Assembly: GCA_016192105.1 (NCBI GenBank) | Contig: JACPUV010000009.1 | Coordinates: 3,311-67,310, forward strand | From: Sphingobacteriales bacterium | GTDB taxonomy: Bacteria; Bacteroidota; Bacteroidia; Chitinophagales; Chitinophagaceae | Direction of reading: 5' to 3' | DNA: 64,000 nt | Part shown: one piece after another, positions 37,529 through 48,058 of the stretch | Position numbering within the stretch: the stretch's first letter is position 1 | Layout of the letters: the number at the start of each line of letters is the position of its first letter | Notes under the pieces: model-generated | What the model was told of the DNA's origin: nothing | Databases searched by the model: none | Seen by the model: the letters and a program-made list of their open reading frames with translations, nothing else | Made by a program: the position numbers and the translations under genes

Positions 37529-40150
37529 TTGATTAGTATGTCTGATTTCAGGGAAAAATATGAAAGCCTGATCAGGCTGGCCTCGGATGGCTGTATTATC
37601 TATGAGCCCGGGGGGAAAATCCTTGAATTCAATGAAGGCGCCTGTTTCCATCTTGGGTACACACCCGAAGAATTCAGTCAGCTTAGTTTATTGGACCTGT
37701 TTCCGGAAGAAGACCTTAAGAAAAGACCCCTGCGTTTTGACCTCCTGCAAAACGGGCAGCCGGAGATCGATTACCGGCGGATCCGGCGAAAAGACGGGGG
37801 GGCCTACCTGATCGAACTGAATTCAATGAAGCTCGCGGATGGGAATATCATGGCACTGGCCACCGATATCACGGAGAAATCGAAGATCCGGAAAGAGCTC
37901 AGCATGAAGGAACATGCTATTGAAAGTTCCATCAGCGGGATGGGCATTACTGACCTGGACGGGACGATTATTTATGCCAACCGGGCCCTTTGCGGCATGT
38001 GGGGCTGCAGCGGTGGAAACCAGCTCCTGGGCCGCAATGTCCGGGACCTGTTTGAGGGAGAACAGGTCTTTGAGAGCCTGGCGGCTATTCGTGACCGTGG
38101 TATCGAATATGGTGAGTGCACGGCCCGGCGGTTGAACGGCAGCCTTTTCCCGGTAGCTTTTTCCGCCAATATTGTTCCGGATGGGAAAAACAGGCCCGCT
38201 TACCTGTTCGGATCATTCATTGATATCACTGAACAAAAGAAGACGCTTTATTTATCGGAGCAGATCATCGACAGCCTGCCCGTTATTTTCTTTATGTATG
38301 ACCTGGAGCAGGGCCGGATATCCCGGTGGAATACCCGGGTAGGAGAGATCACCGGTTACTCGCAACAGGAGATCCGGGAAATGAAATACAGTGAACTGAT
38401 CTGTGAGAAGGACCGGACCCTGGCATTACAGGAACTCCGCAAAGCCGTGAGAGAAGGAAAAGGGGAAGCGGAGGTGTCCCTGGTGGGAAAAGACGGAACA
38501 CTGCACCCGTTTTATTTCACGGCCTACCTGATCCGGCTGGGTGATAAAGAAGTGGTCATTGCCAACGGGATGGATATTTCGGAACGAAAAGCGGCGGAAG
38601 AAAAACTGCGGACCCGTTACCAGCAACTGCAATTACTGGTCAGCCTGACCGATGCCGTCAGCAAGGCCAACCGGCTGGAAGATATTTACAACCTCGCCTT
38701 AAACGGGTTGTTAAGTACAATCCGGGCAGACCGTGTTTCTGTATTGCTGTTCGATGAGTCGGGAATCATGCAGTTTAAAGCCTCGCACGGACTCTCGGAT
38801 GCCTATAAGATAGCAGCTGCGGGACACTCGCCCTGGAAACCGGAAGCCATTCATCCATCACCCATTTTTGTCCCGGATGCGCAGCAGGATGAATCACTGA
38901 AAGAATTGCTCCCGGTCATCCAAAAAGAAGGGATCCGGGCGCTTGGGTTTATTCCCCTTGTTTATATGAACCGGTTGCTGGGTAAATTCATGGTGTACTT
39001 TAACGGGGTGCATCATTTTACCGGCGAAGAGTCCCAGTTGCTGCAAACCATCGCTACGGAAGTCGCATTTGCCATTGGTGAAAAAGAAAATGAGATTGCC
39101 CTGCGGAAGAGTGAACAGCAATACCGGGATGTGGTTGACAATACCCGTGAAATTATTTTCCAGACGGATGCGCAGGGGCACTGGACTTTTCTGAACCCGG
39201 CCTGGACCGAGATACTCGGGTACACGGTTAAGGAAAGTATCGGCCGGCATTTTTCGGATTTTGTAATACCCGGCGACAGGCCAGGAAGTGAAGAAAAGTT
39301 CAGGGCATTGCTGTCACAGGAAACTCCTTATATCCGGTATGAATTGCGTTTTACCAGTAAGGAGGAAAGGATATGCTGGATTGAAGTGAATGCCCGGCTG
39401 CTGTCGGGACCGGAGGACCAGGTGATGGGAGCCACCGGGATATTAACGGATATCACGGAACGGAAAAAGAATGAACAGGCCATCGGGGAAACCGCCCGCC
39501 AGTTACGGGAACTGTCGGCACATTTACAGGATATCCGGGAAGAAGAAAGAACCGCCATTGCCCGGGAAATTCATGATGAGCTGGGGCAGCAACTGACGGT
39601 GCTGAAGATCGACTTTTCCTGGCTGGAATCCCGGCTCAGCCTGGGTGATAATAATAAATTGCTCGCGGATAAATTTTCTGATATTTCCGACCTGCTTGAC
39701 CGGGCTGTGAAAACCGTACGCCGTATGTCCACCAGCCTCAGGCCCAGTATGCTGGATGACCTGGGACTGGTAGCAACGATTGACTGGTACTTAGCCGACT
39801 TCGGACGGCGGGCGAACCTGAAAACGGAATTTATCCATTCTTCCGAAGAATTTGAAATGCCCGATAAAATGCGCACGGCCCTCTTCCGGATATTCCAGGA
39901 ATCGGTTACCAATGTGATCCGGCATGCGGAAGCCACTACGGTTGTGGTGGAACTGAAAAGGGAGGGAGCGTACATACGCCTCAGTATAAAGGATAACGGG
40001 AAAGGGTTTGATACCCGCAGCGTTTCCGGGAAACGGACCCTCGGTTTACTGGGAATGAAAGAACGATCTCTGTTAATGGGGGGTGAATGCAGTATTGAAA
40101 GTATTCCCGGTATGGGAACAACCGTGTCCGTACAGATGAAACCCCAATAG
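37529..40150 (+). CDS. PAS/GAF sensor histidine kinase (HisKA_3)
   Basis: Four PAS-like repeats (TDITE, DISERK), a GAF domain, IAREIHDELGQQL, ESVTNVIRHA, DNGKGF. Confidence 0.92.
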   Translation: MISMSDFREKYESLIRLASDGCIIYEPGGKILEFNEGACFHLGYTPEEFSQLSLLDLFPEEDLKKRPLRFDLLQNGQPEIDYRRIRRKDGGAYLIELNSMKLADGNIMALATDITEKSKIRKELSMKEHAIESSISGMGITDLDGTIIYANRALCGMWGCSGGNQLLGRNVRDLFEGEQVFESLAAIRDRGIEYGECTARRLNGSLFPVAFSANIVPDGKNRPAYLFGSFIDITEQKKTLYLSEQIIDSLPVIFFMYDLEQGRISRWNTRVGEITGYSQQEIREMKYSELICEKDRTLALQELRKAVREGKGEAEVSLVGKDGTLHPFYFTAYLIRLGDKEVVIANGMDISERKAAEEKLRTRYQQLQLLVSLTDAVSKANRLEDIYNLALNGLLSTIRADRVSVLLFDESGIMQFKASHGLSDAYKIAAAGHSPWKPEAIHPSPIFVPDAQQDESLKELLPVIQKEGIRALGFIPLVYMNRLLGKFMVYFNGVHHFTGEESQLLQTIATEVAFAIGEKENEIALRKSEQQYRDVVDNTREIIFQTDAQGHWTFLNPAWTEILGYTVKESIGRHFSDFVIPGDRPGSEEKFRALLSQETPYIRYELRFTSKEERICWIEVNARLLSGPEDQVMGATGILTDITERKKNEQAIGETARQLRELSAHLQDIREEERTAIAREIHDELGQQLTVLKIDFSWLESRLSLGDNNKLLADKFSDISDLLDRAVKTVRRMSTSLRPSMLDDLGLVATIDWYLADFGRRANLKTEFIHSSEEFEMPDKMRTALFRIFQESVTNVIRHAEATTVVVELKREGAYIRLSIKDNGKGFDTRSVSGKRTLGLLGMKERSLLMGGECSIESIPGMGTTVSVQMKPQ

Positions 40151-40166
40151 CCATTGAACCGCCGGT

Positions 40167-40222
40167 CTCGTAGCTCACAGCTCGAAACTCGTAACTCGAA
40201 ACTCATAACTCACATCTCGTAA
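40167..40222. repeat. Degenerate 7-bp tandem repeat x8
   Basis: ctcgtag ctcacag ctcgaaa ctcgtaa ctcgaaa ctcataa ctcacat ctcgtaa, between convergent genes. Confidence 0.9.
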
Positions 40223-40250
40223 CTAATAGCAAAGAGCCCGCTAACCTGGA

Positions 40251-41297
40251 TTAATTGCAGGAAATAACAGCAACCTTCTCATATAGGGCATAGCGTTCGA
40301 TACTATGCTGGTAACCGGCTTCATTGAGCCAGTTCAGGACTTCCCGTCCCGGATACTTCCCGGAAAGCGGGACTTTAATTTGTGTACCGTTCCCATTGGT
40401 TTGTTCATAGGGTGAAAGCCCGCTGGTAAATTCCAGGACGGTCAGGCCCGTATTCAGTAAGGTGAATAGTTTTGGCAGCGGAATGCGGAGATTTTTATAG
40501 CCCACTTCAATGTCCCCGGCGGGTAATGAATCATTGTATAATTCTCCCAGGGAACGGATCCCGGATGCAGTGGGAAACTTCGGCACGATATCATATTGGT
40601 TCTCCACCCGGACAGATCCGGGGAATTTTTTATTGAAATCCGCAGCAAATGCGGCATTCCCCGCGGCTGGTGCGGCAAAGCTGATCACGTTTAAATGGAA
40701 GTTTTTTCTTCCCTTTTCCTGCAGGGCCTGCCAGAGATACGATCCATAAACCGCGGCCAGGTTCCCTCCCAGGCTGTGACCGGTTATCAGCAGGGGGGCG
40801 CCTGCTGTTACCAGGGAATCCAGGAAGGGCAAGAGCAATTGCCCGGTTCGCCTGTCCTGCATTTTACAAAGATTTTCCCAGCCGGTATAGGCGCCTTCGG
40901 AAACCCGGGCGGTAGTGGAATCAGCCGAGAAGGGCCATTTTTCCTGGACCGACACATGCAGGTCCTGGTAAATCCAGTTCTGGAATGCGGCCCAGCTAAA
41001 ATTGATCAGGGAACCGCGAATGGCCAGTGCATACTCCCTTCCGTTACCTGCGACAAATGCGTGGTTGCCGTTAAGTTCGGCAGCTTCCCATACAAGGCTC
41101 CAGCCGGGCATATACTGATCCAGGGCGGCCGGTATATCTGTGCAGTAAGCGACCTGCGATAACAGGCAGGCAGTATCTTCCGTTAACCCGGATTGAAGCC
41201 GGGGTACCGGGTTGTCTAACACTTTTTTTGAATCTTTTTGCACACAGGAATAAAGCAAAAGGGGAAGGATAATGAAAGACAGGCAGGTAGTTTTCAT
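40251..41297 (-). CDS. Lipase class 3 family lipoprotein
   Basis: Lipobox LLYS|C; GHSLGG nucleophile elbow; AIRGS; DIVP. Confidence 0.88.
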   Translation of the reverse strand: MKTTCLSFIILPLLLYSCVQKDSKKVLDNPVPRLQSGLTEDTACLLSQVAYCTDIPAALDQYMPGWSLVWEAAELNGNHAFVAGNGREYALAIRGSLINFSWAAFQNWIYQDLHVSVQEKWPFSADSTTARVSEGAYTGWENLCKMQDRRTGQLLLPFLDSLVTAGAPLLITGHSLGGNLAAVYGSYLWQALQEKGRKNFHLNVISFAAPAAGNAAFAADFNKKFPGSVRVENQYDIVPKFPTASGIRSLGELYNDSLPAGDIEVGYKNLRIPLPKLFTLLNTGLTVLEFTSGLSPYEQTNGNGTQIKVPLSGKYPGREVLNWLNEAGYQHSIERYALYEKVAVISCN

Positions 41298-41537
41298 CTG
41301 TGTCAGTTTTCAATAAATATAAGCGACCCGGAGTTCAGCAAGGGGTTTTTACCTATTTTATTCTTCCCTGCTTCCACTAAAACATACCTAACTAAGCTAA
41401 GTACTTTCCCATATTCTGGATTTTTTTTCCATTTTATGGAAGGAAAAATAAATTGGCATGAAATAAGTCGTTGAAAATCATATACGTATTTTTTGGCACT
41501 GGAATGGTAAATTAACGGTATCCTAAAATCGTACTTT

Positions 41538-42674
41538 ATGAAAAATTTTTACGCAATCCTTTCCTTCCTTTTCATTTTTGTAACATCAACTGTTACCGCG
41601 CAGAATTTTAAATGGAATAATTACCCGGCCGGCAGCACTTCCAGTTCCCAAAATAATAATGGGATAAATATGAATGTGAATGTGAGCGGCAACGGTTTAA
41701 GTTCCGGGTTCCCGAAATATAATTCAAACGGCGGGGGTAACCTGGCCACTACGGTGAACTGGAACAATAGGACCAGCACGGTTACCTATACCTTTAATTT
41801 TTCCAAACCCCTGATCGGGATGACCTTTTTACTTTTCGATGTGGACCAGACTTCAAGCTGGGATGATAAGCTGACCATCACCGGTTACCGGGCGAACAAT
41901 ACAGCCATATACCCGATGATCTCCGGCACTTCCTATGCCATAGTTTACGGAACCAATCATAATATCGTGGAAGGGAAAAAAAATAACGAGGAGTACGATG
42001 AAGACCCCGTGGTGGTTAGTTTCGATGCCACCCCGTTAAAATCACTGACCATCGTTTACAGTGCCGGCTCTTCCAGTCCCAGTAACCCGGCCTCCCAGGT
42101 AGTGGGTTTTGGCGCCCTTGTTTATGAAAATGTGTTGCCGCTGAAACTGATGTCCTTCCGCGCGGATAAAAAGAACAATGCTGCTGAACTGAAATGGGAA
42201 ACCGAAAACCAGGAAAATTTCAGTCATTTTGAAATAGAGCGGGCTGCTTCTGCGGATGCTTCATTTGAAAAAATTGCCACCCTGAACGCCACTTCCACCA
42301 GCGAAGGCAGCTATTCATATACTGATGGAAACGCATTTCGCCTGATGCAAAAAGCATTTTATCGCCTGAAAATGGTGGACGAGGACGGCGGATTCACCTA
42401 CAGCGCAGTGATGACGATGGCATTTGATAATGCTCCTTCCGTTATCGTCAGCCCTACATTATTGAATGCAGGAGAAATGATCAGTGTGAATATTACCGGT
42501 GATGCGAGGGAAAAATTTGAAGTGAAATTATTTGATATGAGCGGCAGGATGCTCAGCCAGCAAACCGCCAGCAACCGGATCCAGTTATCCACTGCCCGCC
42601 TGCTCAAAGGAATGTATATTGTCAGTGTAGCTGGCGCGACTGAAACCAGGTCATTCCGGGTAATGGTACAATAA
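41538..42674 (+). CDS. T9SS type-A sorting domain-containing secreted protein
   Basis: Signal peptide VTA|Q; LPLKLMSF..., ELKWET, FEIERA, YRLKMVD.DG.F.YS; C-terminal FDMSGR...GMYIV. Confidence 0.9.
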   Translation: MKNFYAILSFLFIFVTSTVTAQNFKWNNYPAGSTSSSQNNNGINMNVNVSGNGLSSGFPKYNSNGGGNLATTVNWNNRTSTVTYTFNFSKPLIGMTFLLFDVDQTSSWDDKLTITGYRANNTAIYPMISGTSYAIVYGTNHNIVEGKKNNEEYDEDPVVVSFDATPLKSLTIVYSAGSSSPSNPASQVVGFGALVYENVLPLKLMSFRADKKNNAAELKWETENQENFSHFEIERAASADASFEKIATLNATSTSEGSYSYTDGNAFRLMQKAFYRLKMVDEDGGFTYSAVMTMAFDNAPSVIVSPTLLNAGEMISVNITGDAREKFEVKLFDMSGRMLSQQTASNRIQLSTARLLKGMYIVSVAGATETRSFRVMVQ

Positions 42675-42705
42675 CAAAACCGCACAAAGTACTACTTAGG
42701 ATATA

Positions 42706-42740
42706 AAGGAGGGCTGCTCAACGGGCAGCCCTCCTTCTTT
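42706..42740. terminator. Intrinsic terminator between convergent genes
   Basis: aaggagggctgc / gcagccctcctt 12-bp stem followed by cttt. Confidence 0.75.
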
Positions 42741-42758
42741 GTAATACTGACCCGGTAC

Positions 42759-43175
42759 TTAGAACCGGTTCACAAAATCATCTCTGTCGCCGTATTCGTG
42801 ATCATGTCTTTCGTGCCGTTTATGCCTGTTCTTTTGAGAATGTCCGTAATTCCGGTAATCTTCCCGGACCAGGATATTGCCCGTATAGTCAATACGGATC
42901 ACGATATCATCCCGGTCCATGGTGAACGAAACGGCGTCCAGCAGCCGTTCCGTCCGGCCAAAGAACCCTCTTCTCATTTCGTACACCCGTACCGTATGGT
43001 GCCCATTGTAGAAGTAATCGGGCCGGATCGTTATGTGATCGCCGAAATAGTTTTTCCCGTCAATAACCACTTTAAAATTCTTTGTATTGTTTAACAGGAT
43101 TACCGGCCGGCGGTCAGCGGCAAGCAGGGAAGCGGTCAGTAGTAAAGCTGCTGTAAGTGTAAAAATCTTTTTCAT
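42759..43175 (-). CDS. Exported hypothetical protein
   Basis: Likely start MKKIFTLTAALLLTASLLA at 43175; charged His/Arg/Asp-rich tail. Confidence 0.7.
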   Translation of the reverse strand: MKKIFTLTAALLLTASLLAADRRPVILLNNTKNFKVVIDGKNYFGDHITIRPDYFYNGHHTVRVYEMRRGFFGRTERLLDAVSFTMDRDDIVIRIDYTGNILVREDYRNYGHSQKNRHKRHERHDHEYGDRDDFVNRF

Positions 43176-43460
43176 ACGTATATATTTTAGAATCCGGTAC
43201 TGCGGCGGCCGGGGACACTGCAGCACATTTTGTTTCACAACCCGGCTGATACCTGTAATTCAAAGCAGGTGCCAGTGTGTACAAAACAGGGAAAAGAAAT
43301 GTTAAGGCTCGGAGCAGCGGCGGGGGCGGTAGTTATGTAATTATTGGGTCATTGTGGATAAAACAGGGCTGCTGACCCCTTCTGTTAACCAGGCTGGCAT
43401 AATTTTCGTTCATTCTTACCGTGTACAACTGTACTATTTTTTACTCCAAATACTTGTAGC

Positions 43461-44333
43461 ATGAAAAACTTACCAGGCCGTTTTGCGCCATTACTTACCG
43501 TATTTGCCGGAGCCCTGCTTTTTTTATATTCCTGCCAGAAAGAAGCGAACCTGGATGCCATCCCCGAAGGCAAGGCCAGGCTTTCCGTTTACCTGACTGA
43601 CGGGCCGCTTGATTTTCAGCATGTCTGGATCGATATACAAAGCATTGCCGTGAAAGTGGATACCTGCCGTCGTAACCACGATGCTGACGTGGATGGTCCC
43701 GGTTGCGATGACGACCATGATTCCCTTAGCAGCCATTGTGAATACTGGGATACCCTGTCGATCAACCCCGGTGTGTACGACCTGCTGGCGCTCCGAAACG
43801 GGGTTGACACCCTGCTGGCCAGTGGTTTTATCATCAACGGGAAGATCGAACGGATCAAATTCACACTGGGTACCAATAACAGTATTATGGTGGACAGTGT
43901 AACACAGCCGCTGCACCTGGTCAATAACCAGGATTTTGTTTTTGTCAATGTGGGGCATGAACACCTGGATTCCCTTTCTGCAGGTAATTTCCAGTTGTAC
44001 CTTGATTTTGACCTGGCCCGTTCTATCCGTTATACCGGCGGTCAATACTGGCTGAAACCCTATTTAAAACCCTTTGGCCGGCATAGTACCGGTGAGATTG
44101 AAGGGAAGGTACGCCCTGTTCATTTCCATGGTCTGATCAAAGCGTATAACGACACCGATACCGCCTTTGCCAGCCCCTGGAGCGAGGGCGAATTCAAGAT
44201 CCGGGGTTTAAGGCCCGGTACCTACAATGTATTTATTGATGGAATCAACGGGTACCAGGATACCCTCATTACTAATATTGATGTTCAGCGGGGCCGGGAC
44301 ACGCAATTAGGCCTGATCCAGTTGCACCAGTAA
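43461..44333 (+). CDS. DUF4382-type lipoprotein
   Basis: Lipobox FLYS|C; VYLTDGP; LDFDLARSI; C-terminal carboxypeptidase-regulatory-like domain. Confidence 0.8.
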   Translation: MKNLPGRFAPLLTVFAGALLFLYSCQKEANLDAIPEGKARLSVYLTDGPLDFQHVWIDIQSIAVKVDTCRRNHDADVDGPGCDDDHDSLSSHCEYWDTLSINPGVYDLLALRNGVDTLLASGFIINGKIERIKFTLGTNNSIMVDSVTQPLHLVNNQDFVFVNVGHEHLDSLSAGNFQLYLDFDLARSIRYTGGQYWLKPYLKPFGRHSTGEIEGKVRPVHFHGLIKAYNDTDTAFASPWSEGEFKIRGLRPGTYNVFIDGINGYQDTLITNIDVQRGRDTQLGLIQLHQ

Positions 44334-44606
44334 TAAATGAAAAGCCATGAACGGGACCGGGTATCGTTTATCGCTGCCCGGTTTTTTTTCAGCTTGCCGG
44401 GTAGGGGTTGCTGCTGTACTGGAAAACAGGGTTTAAATAAAGTTCGGTTCCTCTGTGGAAATAAACGGAAGCCCTGATATAGTTGTCTTCTTCTTTCAGG
44501 ATATAACTGGCCTGGCTGGTACGAAAGGCAATTCCTGTTTTTCTGCCTTGCTGGCCGGAAAAAACAATACTGCCTGCCTGCTTCAGTACTGGTGATTTTG
44601 GGTGGT

Positions 44607-45179
44607 TCAGGAAACGGTAATCGCATATTTATCCAGTAAGCGAAGTACTGCGGGATAGGAAAACGCGGCCTTATGGATTTTATTTATTTCCGGGTCAATG
44701 CTGTAATGGATAGCCGTTCGCAGGTCGGCTTTTTCCAGCACGGTCTGTTCAAAACGGGCATCCCGGAGATTACAGCCGCTGAATACGGCTTCTGTCAGTA
44801 TTGTTTCGGTAAAATCGGTTTCCTGCAAACTGCAGTTATTGAATACCGTTTTTTTCATCCTGCACTGGTAAAAGGAGCTGAGGTCAAGGGTGCAGCCATC
44901 GAACCGGACCGTGAACAGGAAGGCATTGGCGGTTTCAAAATGCAGGCCCAGCATTTTGCTGCTGATGAATTTCACATCATTAAACGTGGTCTGGATGATT
45001 TTCGCGCTGCTGAGATTGCAGTGGTCAAATTCGCATTCAGTGAAATTGATCCCGGATAGATCCGTGCCGGCGAAATTACAATGCAGGAAGCGGCAGGCTT
45101 CATAGTCGGCATCGGGAAGGCGGGTGATGGTATAATCCTGGTGTTCGAAGCTTGCATCCGTATGCAGGTCTTTGGGCAT
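44607..45179 (-). CDS. Pentapeptide repeat protein
   Basis: A(D/N)LXX-type repeats throughout. Likely start MPKD at 45179 (track 45287). Confidence 0.88.
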   Translation of the reverse strand: MPKDLHTDASFEHQDYTITRLPDADYEACRFLHCNFAGTDLSGINFTECEFDHCNLSSAKIIQTTFNDVKFISSKMLGLHFETANAFLFTVRFDGCTLDLSSFYQCRMKKTVFNNCSLQETDFTETILTEAVFSGCNLRDARFEQTVLEKADLRTAIHYSIDPEINKIHKAAFSYPAVLRLLDKYAITVS

Positions 45180-45382
45180 GTTAATTTTTTTACAGGGTGA
45201 AATTTTTGATAGAGAGGCTATTCGTTGTTGGCAGAACGGTTTTTTTGTTCCTGTTTGTATTTCTTTAGGCACTGCCGGATGCAGCATGTTCCGCTGTTAA
45301 ATCCAGGTTGTTCATCCGGTAGTTTTATTAAAAGCTTGAAAAACGGGGAAAGGAAATAGTTGCGATACATTCGCCCGGTTTT

Positions 45383-46138
45383 TTATGAAAAAGTAATGGG
45401 CTGTATCCGGTACGCTTTAACTTTTCTTCCGTTTTGGAAAGCCGGGTTCCATTTTGGGGACTCCTTAATTAACCGCAATGCCTCTTTATCCAGTGAATAT
45501 TCCACTGATTTCAGGACCCGCAGCTGGATGGTTTTTCCTTCCGTATCCACTACAAAGATGATTTTGACTGTTCCGCTTTTCCCCAGTTGCTGGGCTCTGT
45601 CGGGATAGTTCGAATTGTTTTGCAGGTATTTGATCCAGGCTGAGATACCCCCTTTAAAGTCTGCTTCGGTCTCTACCGACTCCAGGGTTGCTGCTGTTTT
45701 CCCCTCCAGGGTTTCCTTTTTTCTTTTTTCGTTGAGATCTGTACTGTTAACCAGTATGCCGTTTTTGTACTCTTTCTCCATCCGGACCGAAAGCGTATCA
45801 TCATAAAAATACCAGGTGCTGTCCCGTAAGCCGTTCTTTGTATAGCCTACGGAATCGATCTGGCCATCCATCCCGAAATAAGAAATATATCCATTTAGGA
45901 CGGTGGCCTTTTCGTCCCGGTATGTTTCTATGCTGATCAGCGGGCCGGAAAAATGATACGTCATCCATTGGTAGCTGCTGTCATTTGTCTTTTGCATAAT
46001 ACACAGGTAACGGGCTGATTCTATTTCGCAGGGCTTCCACTCACTGTCATAAACATAGAATGATTCTTTGGACTTGTTTTTCTGTGCGTATAGCGCCATA
46101 CTGATCAGGCAGCAGAAGAGGACGGAAAGTATTTTCAT
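45383..46138 (-). CDS. TonB C-terminal domain protein
   Basis: Signal peptide; NYPDRA...GTVKIIFVVD.EG...LDKEALRLI...W.PA.QNG.KV. Confidence 0.85.
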   Translation of the reverse strand: MKILSVLFCCLISMALYAQKNKSKESFYVYDSEWKPCEIESARYLCIMQKTNDSSYQWMTYHFSGPLISIETYRDEKATVLNGYISYFGMDGQIDSVGYTKNGLRDSTWYFYDDTLSVRMEKEYKNGILVNSTDLNEKRKKETLEGKTAATLESVETEADFKGGISAWIKYLQNNSNYPDRAQQLGKSGTVKIIFVVDTEGKTIQLRVLKSVEYSLDKEALRLIKESPKWNPAFQNGRKVKAYRIQPITFS

Positions 46139-46326
46139 AAATCAGGTCTGAATGAACAGGGTTTCTGCAAATATATTCCCTGCGGCGATTGGATTATCCC
46201 CCGGGGATAATTTTTGGCATAAACAGGATTCCCGGACCGCTGTATATACAAGGGACAGTTCATCCGGCCCTGTAGTCACAGGAACCGGATGAATTCTTCC
46301 TGGTACGCATCTGCTGTATCACTGTC

Positions 46327-47172
46327 TCATTTCTGTGCACAGACCACCAGGGCGCTGGCATCAATATGCACTTCCTTACCCGGAAATTTCCGGTTGAGTT
46401 CCGCAAATACCTCCTCCTTGATCTTTTGCCGCATGGCGTCATCTGCTTTACTCAATGCAGCTACAATCGGGGCGCCAATATCATTCATCATTTCCCAGTA
46501 GCGCTCCGTAGTGCCGCTTTTCATTACGGAAGTAGTTTCCGTTTCGCTGATCCCTGATAAACCTGCTTTCTCAAATAGTTCTCTCAACAGGCCGGGCCGG
46601 CTGCAGCGGAACATACCCGGGGCGCCGGGAGGAGGAGGGGGCAGTTCGAGGTTCTTTTGTATAACGCCCATGATGGCGGTTATCCAAAAGTTTTTATCGG
46701 GTACATTCCAGACGGAAGTGGCAATCCGTCCCCCCGGTTTTAATACCCTTGTCATTTCATCCGCGGCCATTTGCATATCCGGAAAAAACATGAATCCGAA
46801 GCGGCAGCTGATCGCATCAAAACTGTTGTCCGCGAAGGGGAGCTGGCATACATCGCAGGCTTTTATTTCAACATTGTGCACACTCCGTTCCGCCGCATTC
46901 CCGGCAGCAATCTCCAGCATGTGTTCCGAAAGGTCCGTGATGGTTACCCGGCCATCCGGGATCATGGCAGCGATCGTTAAACCAGGTTCACCGGTTCCGG
47001 CGGCAATATCAAGTACGTGATGGTTTCCGGAAGGGCTGATGTGCCGGATAATCGAATCGCCCATTGGGCGCAGGAATTCCATGGTCAGCTCATCCCATTT
47101 CTTCCAGCCTGAAGAAAATTTATTCCAGGATTGTTTTTGCTGATCCCTGATTGCTTCTAATTGAGGATTCAT
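46327..47172 (-). CDS. Class I SAM-dependent methyltransferase
   Basis: VLDIAAGTGEPG; LPFADNSFDAI; RVLKPGG. Confidence 0.92.
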   Translation of the reverse strand: MNPQLEAIRDQQKQSWNKFSSGWKKWDELTMEFLRPMGDSIIRHISPSGNHHVLDIAAGTGEPGLTIAAMIPDGRVTITDLSEHMLEIAAGNAAERSVHNVEIKACDVCQLPFADNSFDAISCRFGFMFFPDMQMAADEMTRVLKPGGRIATSVWNVPDKNFWITAIMGVIQKNLELPPPPPGAPGMFRCSRPGLLRELFEKAGLSGISETETTSVMKSGTTERYWEMMNDIGAPIVAALSKADDAMRQKIKEEVFAELNRKFPGKEVHIDASALVVCAQK

Positions 47173-47361
47173 GTTTCAATGTTTTAATGTGATAAAGAGG
47201 GGTGAAAAAAATTCAGCGGGTCAGGAAGGAACAATTAAGTTACGAAATAATAGTACCCAACTTGCATAAGGGAGAACCGGGCAGCGGGCCCCTGTTCTTG
47301 CCTGCCCTGTGTGCCAGGGAACGGCAGCAAACTCCTGCCCGCCAGGATAGGGATAAATGGA

Positions 47362-47805
47362 TCAGGCAATCAGCTCATTATCCAAGCCGTGCATCCGCAG
47401 GAAATGATTGAATTCTTCCCGGTAGGTTTTTTTCAGGTGATGTATCTTCTGTTCCTGGATATAATGCTGAATCCATTCCATGGCGGAGGCCCCGACTGAA
47501 TAAACGGCATAGCCTTTCTGCCAGGCAAATTTTTCCGGCAGCATCCCCTGTGTATTGATCCATTGCGAGCTGCTTCCCTTAACCTGTTTGATGACATCGG
47601 AAATTGACTTCAGCGGATTCTGCCGGAACAGGCAATGCACATGATCGGGCATTCCATTGATGATCCGTACCGGGCAGCCGGTTTCTTCAAATTTACAGGC
47701 CAGGAACTGATGAACCGCTTTTTCAATGGGAGGGAGGATGAACGGGTTTCGGTCCCGGGTGGACCAGATGGCATGGATCCAGATACTGGGTAATGAATGA
47801 AACAT
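47362..47805 (-). mobile_element. tnpA: IS200/IS605-family Y1 transposase (solo tnpA)
   Basis: H..WST..R, HUH motif DHVH, KG.SS, FAWQ.GY...SV, helix Tyr in HYIQEQ. No tnpB nearby. Confidence 0.88.
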
Positions 47806-48058
47806 ACGACAGGTTTTGCCGGCTAAACTAACCCATCTGCCAGGTCTCCTGTCTGTGCTTCCACCCTGTAAATCCTGCTTTTTTTCGCCCGGATCCCCGG
47901 TTCAGACCCTGATAATCGATGCCTTTTCCTCGTCCAAAAGGCGTAGCTTTGCCCACTCTAAAATCCCTGCCTTCCCGGCTGCTGCCGCGCCCGCTTTACA
48001 ATGGGCGATTGAGCGGGCGGGATGGGTAAGGCGGACAGACAAGGAGACAAAAACGTAC

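Noticed and set aside
40167-40222. Diversity-generating retroelement
   Set aside because: No reverse transcriptase, Avd gene or template/variable repeat pair in the window.
44571-44592. Fourth copy of the 20-bp palindrome (cctgcctgc...)
   Set aside because: Only the first 9 nt match and the second arm is absent.
44285-44626. 113-aa minus-strand ORF between the DUF4382 and pentapeptide genes
   Set aside because: It overlaps both neighbours, has atypical composition and shows no motif.
47816-48058. 81-aa N-terminal extension of LepA in the ORF track
   Set aside because: Artefact of an upstream TTG; the family start MKNIRNF is at 48059.
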